Assembly (NCBI GenBank): GCA_044892525.1
Contig: CM097885.1
Location: 36,520,001 to 36,584,000 of the forward strand
From: Schmidtea polychroa
Taxonomy: Eukaryota
DNA length: 64,000 nt
Direction of reading: 5' to 3'
Shown here: piece by piece, positions 1 to 11,617 of the stretch
How positions within the stretch are numbered: the first letter of the stretch is position 1
Layout: each line of letters starts with the position of its first letter
The notes under the pieces: model-generated
Databases searched by the model: none
What the model was told of the DNA's origin: nothing
What the model saw: only the letters and a program-made list of their open reading frames with translations
Program-made: the position numbers and the translations under genes

Positions 1-1342
1 ATTTGGTTAATATAATTAAACTGGTTGAATTAATCTTCCTGGTAATTTTTCCAAAAAATTCATATCATTGCGAATTCATATTGCTATTAGCTCGAACAAG
101 GGTTTCTGTAGGTATTAACGGTGACTGGAAATGTGAATGATTGAATTGTGTAATATATAAAGCAAATGTTATTTTCTATTTTAAAATCTCTCGATACAAA
201 CAAATTGATATGAGTTGCATTTTGGGGGTTGGAGTTTTATATATAAAAGAAGAAAAAGAAATATTCCATGTTAAAATGATTTTGATGACTTATACCGCTT
301 TATATTTAATTTCCTTCTATACCAGTACTCCAATCTTGCTTTTTTGGTTGAAATTCAGCGAGAATATTGACAGGAGTATAGCACCAACAAATTTTAGTTG
401 GACTTCAAATTGTTAACTTAGTCATAAAGAACTACTGAAATATATGGTGGTGTTATAATTCTTCGGCCGAGAGAAAATTTCCGAGAATGAAGATCTCCTT
501 TTGTGGTATCCATAGTATGAACACAGAATTGACCTATTTTGGGTTTGCTAGACATTGGAATCTGATAAGTTGAACTTTTGTACAATTTTGATTTTTTCAA
601 GTAATTTTCATTTTTGTAGAATCTAGTCATTAACAAAATTTGGTTCTATTTCAGGTACAAAAAGAATATAAAAGGATGCCTCCGAATTTTAGGATATTAA
701 ATTTCCGAGTATTGAATAAATATTAATTATTAAAATACGAGTTGAATACAATCAACGGTATCCACTAATAAAGGCGCGACTAAAACAGCGCAGATAAATC
801 TTTTTCGAAAAGCGTATAGTGATTAAAAAAGATATATGGACTAGTTGGAGATATTTCATTTTTTATTTGCGCTTTTATTGGGGTAAACGACAATCAACTC
901 AGCTGCACGTTGTAATGTATAAATCATATTTTCAGCAGTTAATAAATGTTATTTATTATCCGACCTAACAATGTTGAGCAATTTGACTAAATATACACAT
1001 TCATAAAACTGATTAACTCCTAAAACTTGAGATTTTAACTTCTGTCTAAATCTATGTTCATTTTATATATCATTAAATGATGATTATGTCGAGGTTGTCT
1101 GTCAAATGTATGTTATGAGTATTATTTATACTTAAAAATAAAATGTAATATATCATAATAATACTTATAACCAGTGGTGAGCTATGCATGTCCCGCGGGG
1201 GCTCGGCAGAGCCCTTATTAACTTTTTATAAATTTTGCGAGCCCCTTGTTGTTCTTTCAACTGTGATTTTGCGCTTCACTTCAAATTAAAATTTCTATTG
1301 TTTTAATGGGAAGATTAATAAATATTTGAAACATGTTACAGA

Positions 1343-3032
1343 CTTATTAATTATTATAGACAAAAATATTAATTATTATAGACAAAAATATTAATATTTA
1401 TAGACAAAAATATTATTATTTATAGACAAAAATATTAATAACCATAGACAAAAATAATAACACGCATCGACAAAAAAACAACTATAGACTAAAAACATTC
1501 ATTTAATGTGTAATACATTATGAATTCAGTTAAAATATAGATAAATAGTTATAGTTAATGTCAATTATTATTGATTGGGGTGTATTATTACTATTTTCAA
1601 TTAAAAAAAATCCATCACATGACATTTCTACGCACAAACATTGAAAACTCTGAAACAAGCCAGGATGGTCCTAAAAGAAGAACAACAGTAACGGTAGAAA
1701 CACTGAGAAATATGCGTAACATGCTTTTACGGGGTAGAACAGCCAAGAACATAACGGAAGATTTAAATCTTTCATCTAAAACTGTTTACAGGTGGATTGA
1801 AAGACTATCTTCATATACCGGCAGTGAAGCGGACCTGGGCACACTCATAAAACCACCGGGTCGCCAAAGAGCAGAATTGACAACCCAACAAGTGACACTG
1901 GCCGAAATTGTTGCAAATGATCCCAGTTTGACCCAACGCGGGATGTCACACTGCCTTGAAATACAAGGCATTCGTCTAAGTCAACCTACGATTTCAAATC
2001 ATCTAAAGAAGCTGGAATTAACTAAAAAGCGACTAGTAAAGATTGTAGATCGAAAAAATTCCAGTCAAGTTATCAACACACGCAAAAATTATGCAATTCG
2101 GTATAGGCTCAAAAATGATGAAGATTTGTTGTTTCTTGATGAAACCGGGTTGAATCTCCATTGTACAAGAAATTATGGCTACAGTCCGAAGAACACGCCG
2201 GCAAGAATAGTCGTTCCAACAGCAAGAGGGAAAAACACCTCAATTATAGCGCTAATTTCGAGAAATGCGATTTTACATAAAAAATAATACAAGGTGCTTA
2301 TAATTCTTCACTGATGGTTGATTTTTTGCGGGAATGTATTGCACTGGGTGTTATTAAATCAAATCACGTGGTATTAATGGATAATGTAAGGTTTCATAAA
2401 ACCGAGCTCGTTTCGACTTTTTTTCGACAAAATGGTGTGTCATTTGACTACATTCCACCTTACTGTCCAGAGCTCAACCCGATTCAGGAAATATTTAGCG
2501 TTATGAAGAATAGGTTTTACGAAAAGAGACCACGAGCAACCAACGCAAATACTTTGAAGTTTTATGTTGAAGCAGTTATCGATGAAATGAATAATGATCT
2601 TGATTTTAGTGCATTTTATATGAATATGCGATCCTATATGAATAGGGCTTTTAGTGGAACGGCTTTTTAATGAATGAATGAATGAATCAATTAAATGGCT
2701 ACTGTTAGTTGTAGTACTTTTCTATATTATTCGAAACAGTTTTTGTAAAGAGGCTTATATATAATATATTTAAGTCAGCGGCATAGATATAAGTAACATT
2801 TTAGAAATATAACAATTGAACGCCCATGGCAATTAAGATTGTATATATAAAGAATATTTTGGTCGTTAATTTTTAATGATGTGTCTATGAACATTAAATT
2901 TTTGTTTATAAATATTAATATATTTGTTTATAAATGTTAATATTTTTGTCTATAATAATTAATATTTTTGTCTATAAATATTAATATTTTTGTCTATAAT
3001 AATTAATATTTTTGTCTATAATAATTAATAAG
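1343..3032 (+). mobile_element. Tc1/IS630-like DNA transposon nested in the hAT MITE
   Basis: Ends CTTATTAATTATTATAGACAAAAATATT / AATATTTTTGTCTATAATAATTAATAAG; TIRs built from ~21-bp sub-repeats; TA follows the right end (3033-3034), left flank reads GA. Confidence 0.85.
1619..2670 (+). pseudogene. Tc1/IS630 DD34E transposase, disrupted
   Basis: HTH N-terminus, FLDETG, VLMDNVRFHK, PPYCPELNPI. Frameshift in an A6 run near 2279-2284 splits ORFs 1571..2287 and 2314..2670; the expected DD34E Glu position reads Gln (NPIQE). Confidence 0.88.
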
Positions 3033-3364
3033 TAAATTAATTAATAATAATTAATAAAATTGATACCAGAAACAATAGTATATCAAAAAAAATTTTCTGG
3101 ACGCTTTTATATTTTACTAAAAAAGCAAATTCGGAAAAAAAGCATTTTTTTTCTGGACGAAAAACACCTAAATTTTTTTTTGCGAGCCCATTGTTGTTTT
3201 TTTCACAGCTCACCACTGCTTATAACCACTGAAGTATTTTCTTATTACCTGTTTTATAGTTTCTAACGAAAATAGTGTCAATAAATTCTTTAAGGGCGTC
3301 GAAACAATTTTTATATCAGGGCACCATAACCCATATGGCTGGCACTACATACAACATCATTTAT

Positions 3365-3400
<36 letters not shown>

Positions 3401-4052
3401 CTTAAAAATAGCCATTCCACAAGATGTCATTGGTTTTTTTCAAGTAGCACAAATCTACGCACTTGTATTTAATGTATAAATTCGGCATTATTATTGCTGG
3501 CAATTAATTTTAAATGGCGAAATTATACGCTATTGTTAATTTAAAAGTACAAAAAAGGCTGAAATACTATTAAATACTATACTAAAAGTAAACAATTTGT
3601 TAAATAAAAATGAACATGTAAATTATTTTTACAATAAACAAAATCCTGTGTAAATCCAAGTAAAATTAATAAAGTTTATCTAAGAAAAATTAATACTAAG
3701 TTATTTTTTGTAGAAAATAAACCTGAAACAGGCGTTAGAAAATTAAAATATTACCCACCTGTTGTTGGAAAATAGTATAAAATTTGGATTTTTTATCAAA
3801 TCAATACAAGTACAATGCATGCAGAAAATAATTCTGCTTTTATATTTCTGTACCAATGACAATCTTAATTAATCCAGGTCAAATTAATATAGATTTCTTT
3901 TAATCAATAAATAAAATTCCATCGGCTTTATGTACGTATTATTTAATACAACATAATTATCAAATCAAACAATGCCGGTTAGTTTTTTTAACAATGACAT
4001 TTTGGGATAATAATGAAATTAATTCTTACAAATTTTCGATACCTAGAATACA

Positions 4053-6729
4053 ATGAGCCTAAAATGTTTAATTGAAGAATTACTTCAATCTCATAATATG
4101 TATCGATACAAACACGATGTTTGTCCTCTGAGTCTCGATATGGATCTTACGTGCGCTTCTCAGCAATGGGCCGAACATCTAGCGGCGAATGGTGAGGCAA
4201 AATACAGTCCATGTAATGATTGCTATGGTGAAAATATCGCAGTTGTAACCAATGCAAATTGTGGTGGTGTAAGTGGTCAGTATTAATTGTTAATATATTT
4301 TTTGTTTTTGCTTAATTTTCTTAAGAATTTCAAATTTTCATTTTAATCATAAACAATTTTGTAGTTGTAAAAATTGTGTAAAGTTACTAATTCATGTCGG
4401 CGTAGAGAAAAGTCACGATTTTAAAATTTGCTGTTGAAATTAATGTGCATTTTTATGTGCCTAGGCCAAAGTGTGTCGGATGCGTGGTACAGAGAAGGTT
4501 GCGGATACAACTATTGCTCGGAGCCAAATTGTCCTAGTTCAAGTAATACAATTACATAATGTATATTTTTATAATTCATTTTTCTTTATTAATTGTGCTA
4601 AATATTTATTTGATAAATCTCGATTTATTTCACATGTATAATTTGATCAGATAGTTATGCTGATTGAATTACAACTTTCAGTTTTGTGTGTAATTTATAT
4701 TTTTAAAGTCATTTATATTTACATGCTAAAGTTTCACTTTAATTGAACAAATGTAAAAATGAATTTCAAACAATGATTTGGATTTTCTTAAGATTTCAAA
4801 TTGTTATTTAATCGGCTGAAATATTTTAAATAAATTCTGAAAATTCGTTTATAGTTTATTAAATATTAAAAGTCAAGGTCCATCATGTTTTTCACTTTAT
4901 ATATTTAAAGAACTATCGAAATTGAAACCGGATAAAAGCATTTAATGCCCGTTTATGATTTAATATAAGAAATTTTATTTAATAGTGTAAACTTGATAAT
5001 ATTAATAGTGTTCATTTTTAAATTTAATGCTATTACCAGTGATGTAATTCAGCCGGTACGCCCGTACTGGTTCTTAATAACTGCGTATTTTTCATTTTAC
5101 GAATCAATAAAAATTTAGAAAGCATATCGGTTCTAAAGACTGAACGCCTCTAAGTCTGAATCTCGTCTAAAAATCATGATATTTTGTGCCATCCTCGAAA
5201 ATGAGGCAATATTATTATTCATTAACGCAAGTTAGTGGATGTGGCTTAGCCATATATTTAAACTCTAACCATTCTATGAAAATAGTTTGGATGTTTGAAT
5301 CATTTTTAATGATTTACGTCTTGGCATTAAATCGCTTGTAGACGACTTACTTTACGGTCGGGGAAGCGTAAGAATTCGAGTGGTGTAAACTGCGAGATTT
5401 TAAACTTCATCCCCATCTGACGCGATGACCGGTTCCAAAACAATATATCCTGAGTTATTCCATCTCTAAAAATTTGCCGTTTTCCGTGTACTCTAAATTA
5501 ATTCATGTTTAAAATTAATTCCAAGTCAGTGCTGGATTTTTATTCCACGGTATTAAATGGTTAATATAACGTTATTAAAAACAAAAACGCAACATAAAAC
5601 ATGTATCTAATATAAAATTTAACGAAATGGTCGAAAATGCACATTTTTACCTAAAAATATTCTTTGTTTTTTCTTCCCCTTTCACGTCGTTTTTGGACAA
5701 TTCCAAATCTGAATTAGCCAGAGATTAAAAGAAATTTGAATTTAAATAAAATTATTTTTCAGTGAATAATATGATTATGTACTTTGTTTGTTGTAAATTG
5801 TCATAAAAATGGCAACTTCCTTTTATCACAACTGTAAAAATGAAAGAAACAACTTTGTTATATGTACAATTAATTAACGTACAATTAATGAATATATTGA
5901 AAAGCTGTATTGTGCTTATCTTGATACAAAAGCAGATGTGGCTAATTGGGCACCACAGCATTGTTGCACTAGCTTTTCTTCATGACTAAGAAATTGGTTA
6001 AATACTGGCTATCAACGTGCCATATGGTATTCCTATGATTTAGCGTGAACCTCAAAATCATTTTAATGATTGTTATTTTTGCTGCGTTATTTTTTCTCTT
6101 TTATGTGAACTTCATCGAATGGAAAATTAAGTTTTTTGTTTGGTATAAGATACTTTTCTAAAAAGATACATAGACGATATCTTCAAGGTCTCCACAATTT
6201 CTCTCAATTTTGTCAAATACAAACTCAATAAGCATCACTTTTGAATTAATCAAATCTGAAGACAAAATCCAAATTCTTGATACTATGGTGAGTTTCACTG
6301 AAACTGCTCACATACTGATAACATCAGTCTATACATTCTCATCATATAATTTATCCCTTCGCAAAGCTATGCCAACTCCTGAAACGGGATAGAAAACGAG
6401 CCATAAGAAACTGCTTGGACACAAGAACGATACAAAAAACGTTAGAAAACTTTAAAATACATTTACTCAAGCTTGGATATTTCGTGCAGATTTATATCAA
6501 TTTTTTTCTAAATAAACAGCTTAACTATGACGGTACTAAGAGACAAAGTACAAATCCATAATATATCTGGTATTTTTTCCTAAATAACACTACTTCACAA
6601 AACCGTCTTAGCTTTTTATATCTATCCCTTTAAAATCGAAACTTTTTTCATCGCGACTGTCTTTGCCGTTCTACTACCAGATGGCACTACCTAAAGAAAA
6701 ACAAAAATTTGTTTTGTTTAATTGAATTC

Positions 6730-6802
<73 letters not shown>

Positions 6803-9800
6803 GAATCCAAATTAAACATAAAACAAATATATTTAATTTTATTAAAAATCAACAAAATATAAAATTTTGTCTATTTATGTGCGTTAACAGTATTTAAAAA
6901 AAAATCATAAACAAAGAGTTGACATCCAGGCTCCGGAATGAGTCCCATCTTCCCTTCTGTGATCGGGTCTGTATGTAAGTAAGGGGAAATAATTGTAGAG
7001 ACCAGTTTAAAATAAAGCACTTAATTTAAAAATTAACACAATTAAATGAAAATCAAATTAAAACAAAAAATTATAAACTATTATTTTTTCCATAAAAATA
7101 TATTTATTTATGTAATAAATATATTTCGCTTTGTGATTTCTTTTGGGATTAAAGTTGGCAATTTCATGATATTTTGCTAAAAATGAGGATTTCTTCTTGA
7201 TTTATGACATAAATGAAAAATAAATCTTTTGTTCCCAATCCTTAAAGTAATGTAACAAACTATGGAAATTGCGTGTTTTATAAGTTATGATCTTTCATTG
7301 TTGCTATAATTAATATTAAAAATTAAAAATTATATGAAATCATCCATCTAATTTCAGTGAGGCCTTCAAACTCAGAAATTGCAACCTTTTTATCAATTTA
7401 ACCGTAAATATGACGGATAAGAAGTTAAATTCTCCACATAGTGTAAAAATTAAAAAATTATAGTGCATAATCATTTACAAAACAACATACATACAGTGGC
7501 GTAACTAGTGTCTTCAGCGCCCACTGTAAAGTAAAAATTTCGCCCCTTTAATTGTAATTTTTTTATATTTAAAAATTTAAAAATAATTAATTTTTTAAAC
7601 AACATTCAAAATAAGATTTCCATTTAAAAAGAAATTAAACCACGTTATTTAAATACTTGTATACAAAAATGGTTTAATGAAAATTTTTTTACTAAATTTT
7701 TATAACTAAAACTTTTGTAAAAATAAATTTATGAAAAGTCATTTTGGCGCCCCAGAAATCGTGCGCCTGGGGCAAATGCCGCGCTTGCCCGGCCTAGTTA
7801 CGCCACTGCATACACATTTTTTAATTTTTTTTAAAATTTGTTGCCAGTTTTTGAAAAATATTACTCAAAACACGACAAAGCCAAATAAATTTACCACACT
7901 TTCTAGTCAGTTGGAAACTTAGAGCCTTTGGTGACAAGATTACCTACCCAAGATATAATTTTATAACTAATCTTTTTTCTTAATTTGAAGTCTTAAAATT
8001 CATGGTTTATATTTTTGAGATTTCAGAGAATTCATTAGATTTTTACCAATTTGTTTTATGGTTCTATTAACCCATAACTGGCGATACTAATGTTTATCAA
8101 TCTGATAATCTTACTATTTCCAGCATAATTGTAAAAAAATATTATGATAAACCTTGAATTTCAAGATTGGCTGACTTATGCACATCAAAAAGTAACTGTT
8201 CTTTCACTTGGACTCCAAAGTTTCACTGCGTTATGGAATAACTATGTCGATTCAAAGCATTTTTTCAAACAAAATGATCATCAATAATATAGTTTCTTCC
8301 GCGGTCAAAATATATTGTTCACATTCTTCTTGTATTGGGTATTAAAATCTTTACAAACAAATGGCAAAAATTTAAATATTTTCGAGATAAATTTCTAGTC
8401 ATTGGTGAAAATGGCATTTTTATTAGATCTCAAATAAAGAAGCTTTTTAATGGTAGGGTTAGAAAGAAATAAACAAAAATGAACAAAAGGCCTGAGTTTC
8501 TTTCAAAGCTGTTGCTCTTAATTTTATGGGAAATATTCGAGCTCCAAATTCCAAGACTTTGGTGAAAAATATGCTTAATTACTTTTACTAACTAAAATAT
8601 TACATCAGATTCAAAACTAAATGTTTTGCATTCTCATATCAATTATTTCCCTGATAATTGAATAAAAGATATTAAAGAACAAGGTGAATAATTTCACCAG
8701 GACACTTCAACAATGGAAAAACAGTGCCAAGATCTGTGGAGTATTAGATGCTATTAGACTATTACTGTCGATGTTTGAAACGTGACCACTAAAATCCTAT
8801 TTACAAAAGACAAGCAAAATGCCAAAAAAATATCAACAAATACAATTTTATAAACCACAATCAACATAGGCCCTCCCTTTCTATTTTCAAATGATATTCA
8901 ATACATTTATTTATACTCAAACGGTTATCTTAAAATCTTGATCTGATAGAAACTCTGTTATCATATTTGAAAATAACATATGAAAACGCATTAGATAATT
9001 TTTGATAATTTCAAACTTGAAAAATGTAGAACTGCAATTCAAAAGATTTGAAACGTAAAAAATGAACATATTAATAATCAATTAATTTCCCTTTCTTTTA
9101 TTCATTAAATTAAAATCTTTGTTGTTCGATTTCAGAAATTATGTCAGACTTAGTATTTTTCCAAATAAAAAATGTTCACGATGTTGCGAAATTTATGATT
9201 TACGGAAAATATTGATCTATAATCGAAAACGAAATGAAGATGAATGAAATTGTATATATTAATTGATTTTGCTATCAGCTTTTTATGGCATATGAATATT
9301 TCAATCTATATGAAATATTTTATTATTTAACTCTTTTTCTGTTTTATTGCGAGTTCAGTAAATTTGGGTAGATTACTTACAATTAACAGTATTTTTATAG
9401 ATAAGTTTATACTTTGGAATTGTTATAATACTCTTCATAATCGTTGTGTTAACTTTAACCAAATTTTCCAATTCTGAATCAGATTTTGTTTCTTGTACTA
9501 ATGAAACCAACAAAGTAGTTTGGTATACGATATTTTATTTGAGTTCAATTGGATCTGAGCAAAGACACATTGGACTTGGATATCTTTTTTCGAATGAAAT
9601 TCCATATGGTTTTATTAAATTCCATTTTAAAGGTTGTAGAGACATACAATTAATCCGAATAAAGAATTTATTCAAATTAATATTGTTGAAGATCTTGACC
9701 ATCATCAGAGAGATCATTGCTAATAAGACGAAGGTTTCTGTTTCTTGAATTTCTGGCATATTTGATTTATTGATTTTGACTCGATTTGATGATTGCGAAG

Positions 9801-10793
9801 TTAAATAATTCATTGTTTCTTTTTAAATTGAATTTGATGACTTTATTTTGGAAAAAGACCGGATTATTTAAACAATCGTTTTTAATTTAATAATATTTAA
9901 TTATTAAATTGATAAAAGTGCTAGTCAGAGGCACTACAAAGGTTTCCATTTTTGACAAATGCTTGAACAGTTTTCTCTTTAAAACATTTTCATTGACAAA
10001 CTTCTACTTTTCCCAATTCGTCCGCTCTTTATTTTTATCATTTAAGTTGAACTTGATGTTCTCCTAGAAAATCTGCTGCTTAAGCTAGCTGATATTCAGC
10101 GAAGTTATGTAAGTTTATGTGGAATAAATATTTTATCGCCTTTGTAAACTAATTCAATCAAGTTTCAAATATAAATTTTTCTATTTAATTCTTTCTAATC
10201 CTCTGGACCATTAGAATGAAAGTTTTTATGAAAATATGTATTTGAACAAAATAATTTAAATCAGCTGTTGTCACCACTTTTTGAACCCGGGTCATATTTT
10301 GCATCTGTTTCGTGGGACAACTGAACAAATCATTGATATAAAGTGATAATTACTGATGAGGAATGAAATTAATGAACCATCACAAAACCATTCAAGGTTC
10401 ACTAAGTAGCCCATTCACAAGTAATGGCTTGCTGATTGCGAGTATTATGCTACCAATGTTATCACATCTTCATATGGGAACTTGTAAAATAGAGCCCACA
10501 GTGAATAAACAGGGAAATTATGACAATTATGACATGCTTTAACAATTGATTAGTGATTCAATCCATGAAAAAATACTGTTCAAATATTTGTAATATTAGT
10601 TAAAATTTTAAAATGAAATGATATTTTTTTTGAAACAGGACATTTTACACAAATGATTTGGGGGTCGTCAAGAAAAGTTGGATTCGGAGCGGCGATTTCT
10701 TGCAACGGCAACGCTTACGTGGTCGCTAGATACCAATGCAAAGGAAACATTCCCGGCCAATACAGATGTAATGTTAAACCTCCATCACAGTAA
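4053..10793 (+). CDS. CAP/SCP-domain (GAPR-1/GLIPR2-like) protein, 3 exons, ~151 aa
   Basis: Exons 4053-4275, 4465-4542, 10639-10793 joined by phase-1 GT-AG introns. Motifs HNMYRYKH, AxxQWAEHLA, YGENIA, DAWYRE, HFTQMIW, VGFG, YVVARY..KGN. No signal peptide. Confidence 0.88.
6735..6801. repeat. (TA)n microsatellite
   Basis: Direct reading. Confidence 0.95.
7494..7808. mobile_element. hAT-type MITE
   Basis: 15-bp TIR CAGTGGCGTAACTAG / CTAGTTACGCCACTG; 8-bp TSD CATACATA / CATACACA (7 of 8 match). Confidence 0.88.
7900..8830 (+). pseudogene. Decayed Chapaev3-like (CMC) transposase fragment
   Basis: 8622-8740 translates as VLHSHINYFPDN*IKDIKEQGE*FHQDTSTMEKQCQDLW, resembling the LHSHLDFFP..SDEQGERFHQDISTMEKRYQG motif; many stops; boundaries approximate. 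Confidence 0.6.
9370..9813 (-). pseudogene. Paralog of the 11210-11617 orphan membrane-protein gene, with a premature stop at 9535-9537
   Basis: KINKSNMPEIQETETFVLLAMISLMM aligns with MPNIREAETLVFLAMISLLM; upstream DNA also similar; the frame continues past the stop. Confidence 0.5.
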
Positions 10794-11209
10794 ACTATTA
10801 AAAATCATTTCAAAAAAGTTTACTTTTAAAACTGTGATAAGATAAGTATTTCATATTTCGATAATATAATTTATCAAGAGCCTTTTCTATATCTTTAATA
10901 ACTGTTTCTATATAATTAAAAAGCACCGGCTATTAGTGACAATAAATAAATTTTAATTGTGCACATTATTTATTTACAAATGTCTAATAAACATCACCTT
11001 GACCAATAGCTTTGAGTACTTTTCAATTGGTTTTACTTTATTCAACTAACGGATGATTCCAAATTATACGGCTATTCAAATAGTATGACTAAAAATTTGA
11101 CAAATAATGTACAGGAATTGGTTGATGGTCAAGAAAATACCTTGATTTAATTGATGAATAAAGTTTATTAAGATATAAGTCAACATCTATGTGAGGGTTT
11201 ATTAGGTAC

Positions 11210-11617
11210 TCATTGTAAGGACACGAAACTAATTTGCATAAAGTTTTTATTGAATATGACATTGAAAGCGATCATAGTAATCAATATTCCCACAAAAGCA
11301 TCGGCACTTGATCTGGCGATTGTACTGAGATTGTGGATGGACTCGCATTTGGGCATGTAGACTCCAGTATTGTATGATGTGAAAGTATTGGAATCTTTAT
11401 CTGGAAAAACTTTGTTCATTGACTCCTTTTGGCAATCGAAGACCGATGGGTTAGCCAGGCTCACGTAACGAACTTTGTCATGAGAATCACTAGAATCGTG
11501 AATTAGTATTCTAAGGAAAATGTCTTTGGTTGAATAGAAGGTGTTGATGATCAAGGTCATCAACAAAGAGATCATAGCTAGGAAAACTAAGGTTTCAGCT
11601 TCTCGAATGTTTGGCAT
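11210..11617 (-). CDS. Hypothetical small protein with two hydrophobic segments (135 aa)
   Basis: ORF with higher GC than its flanks; hydrophobic stretches LVFLAMISLLMTLII and AFVGILITMIAFNVIF; paralog at 9370-9813. Confidence 0.5.
   Translation of the reverse strand: MPNIREAETLVFLAMISLLMTLIINTFYSTKDIFLRILIHDSSDSHDKVRYVSLANPSVFDCQKESMNKVFPDKDSNTFTSYNTGVYMPKCESIHNLSTIARSSADAFVGILITMIAFNVIFNKNFMQISFVSLQ

Larger units (their letters stand above)
1172..3218. mobile_element. Non-autonomous hAT-type element, interrupted by a Tc1 insertion
   Basis: 12-bp TIRs CAGTGGTGAGCT (1172-1183) / AGCTCACCACTG (3207-3218); perfect 8-bp TSD CTTATAAC at 1164-1171 and 3219-3226. Confidence 0.9.

Noticed and set aside
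2270..2314. Programmed -1 frameshift in the Tc1/IS630 transposase
   Set aside because: The shift lies inside the catalytic domain rather than between HTH and DDE, and the catalytic Glu is also mutated; decay or homopolymer error is more likely.
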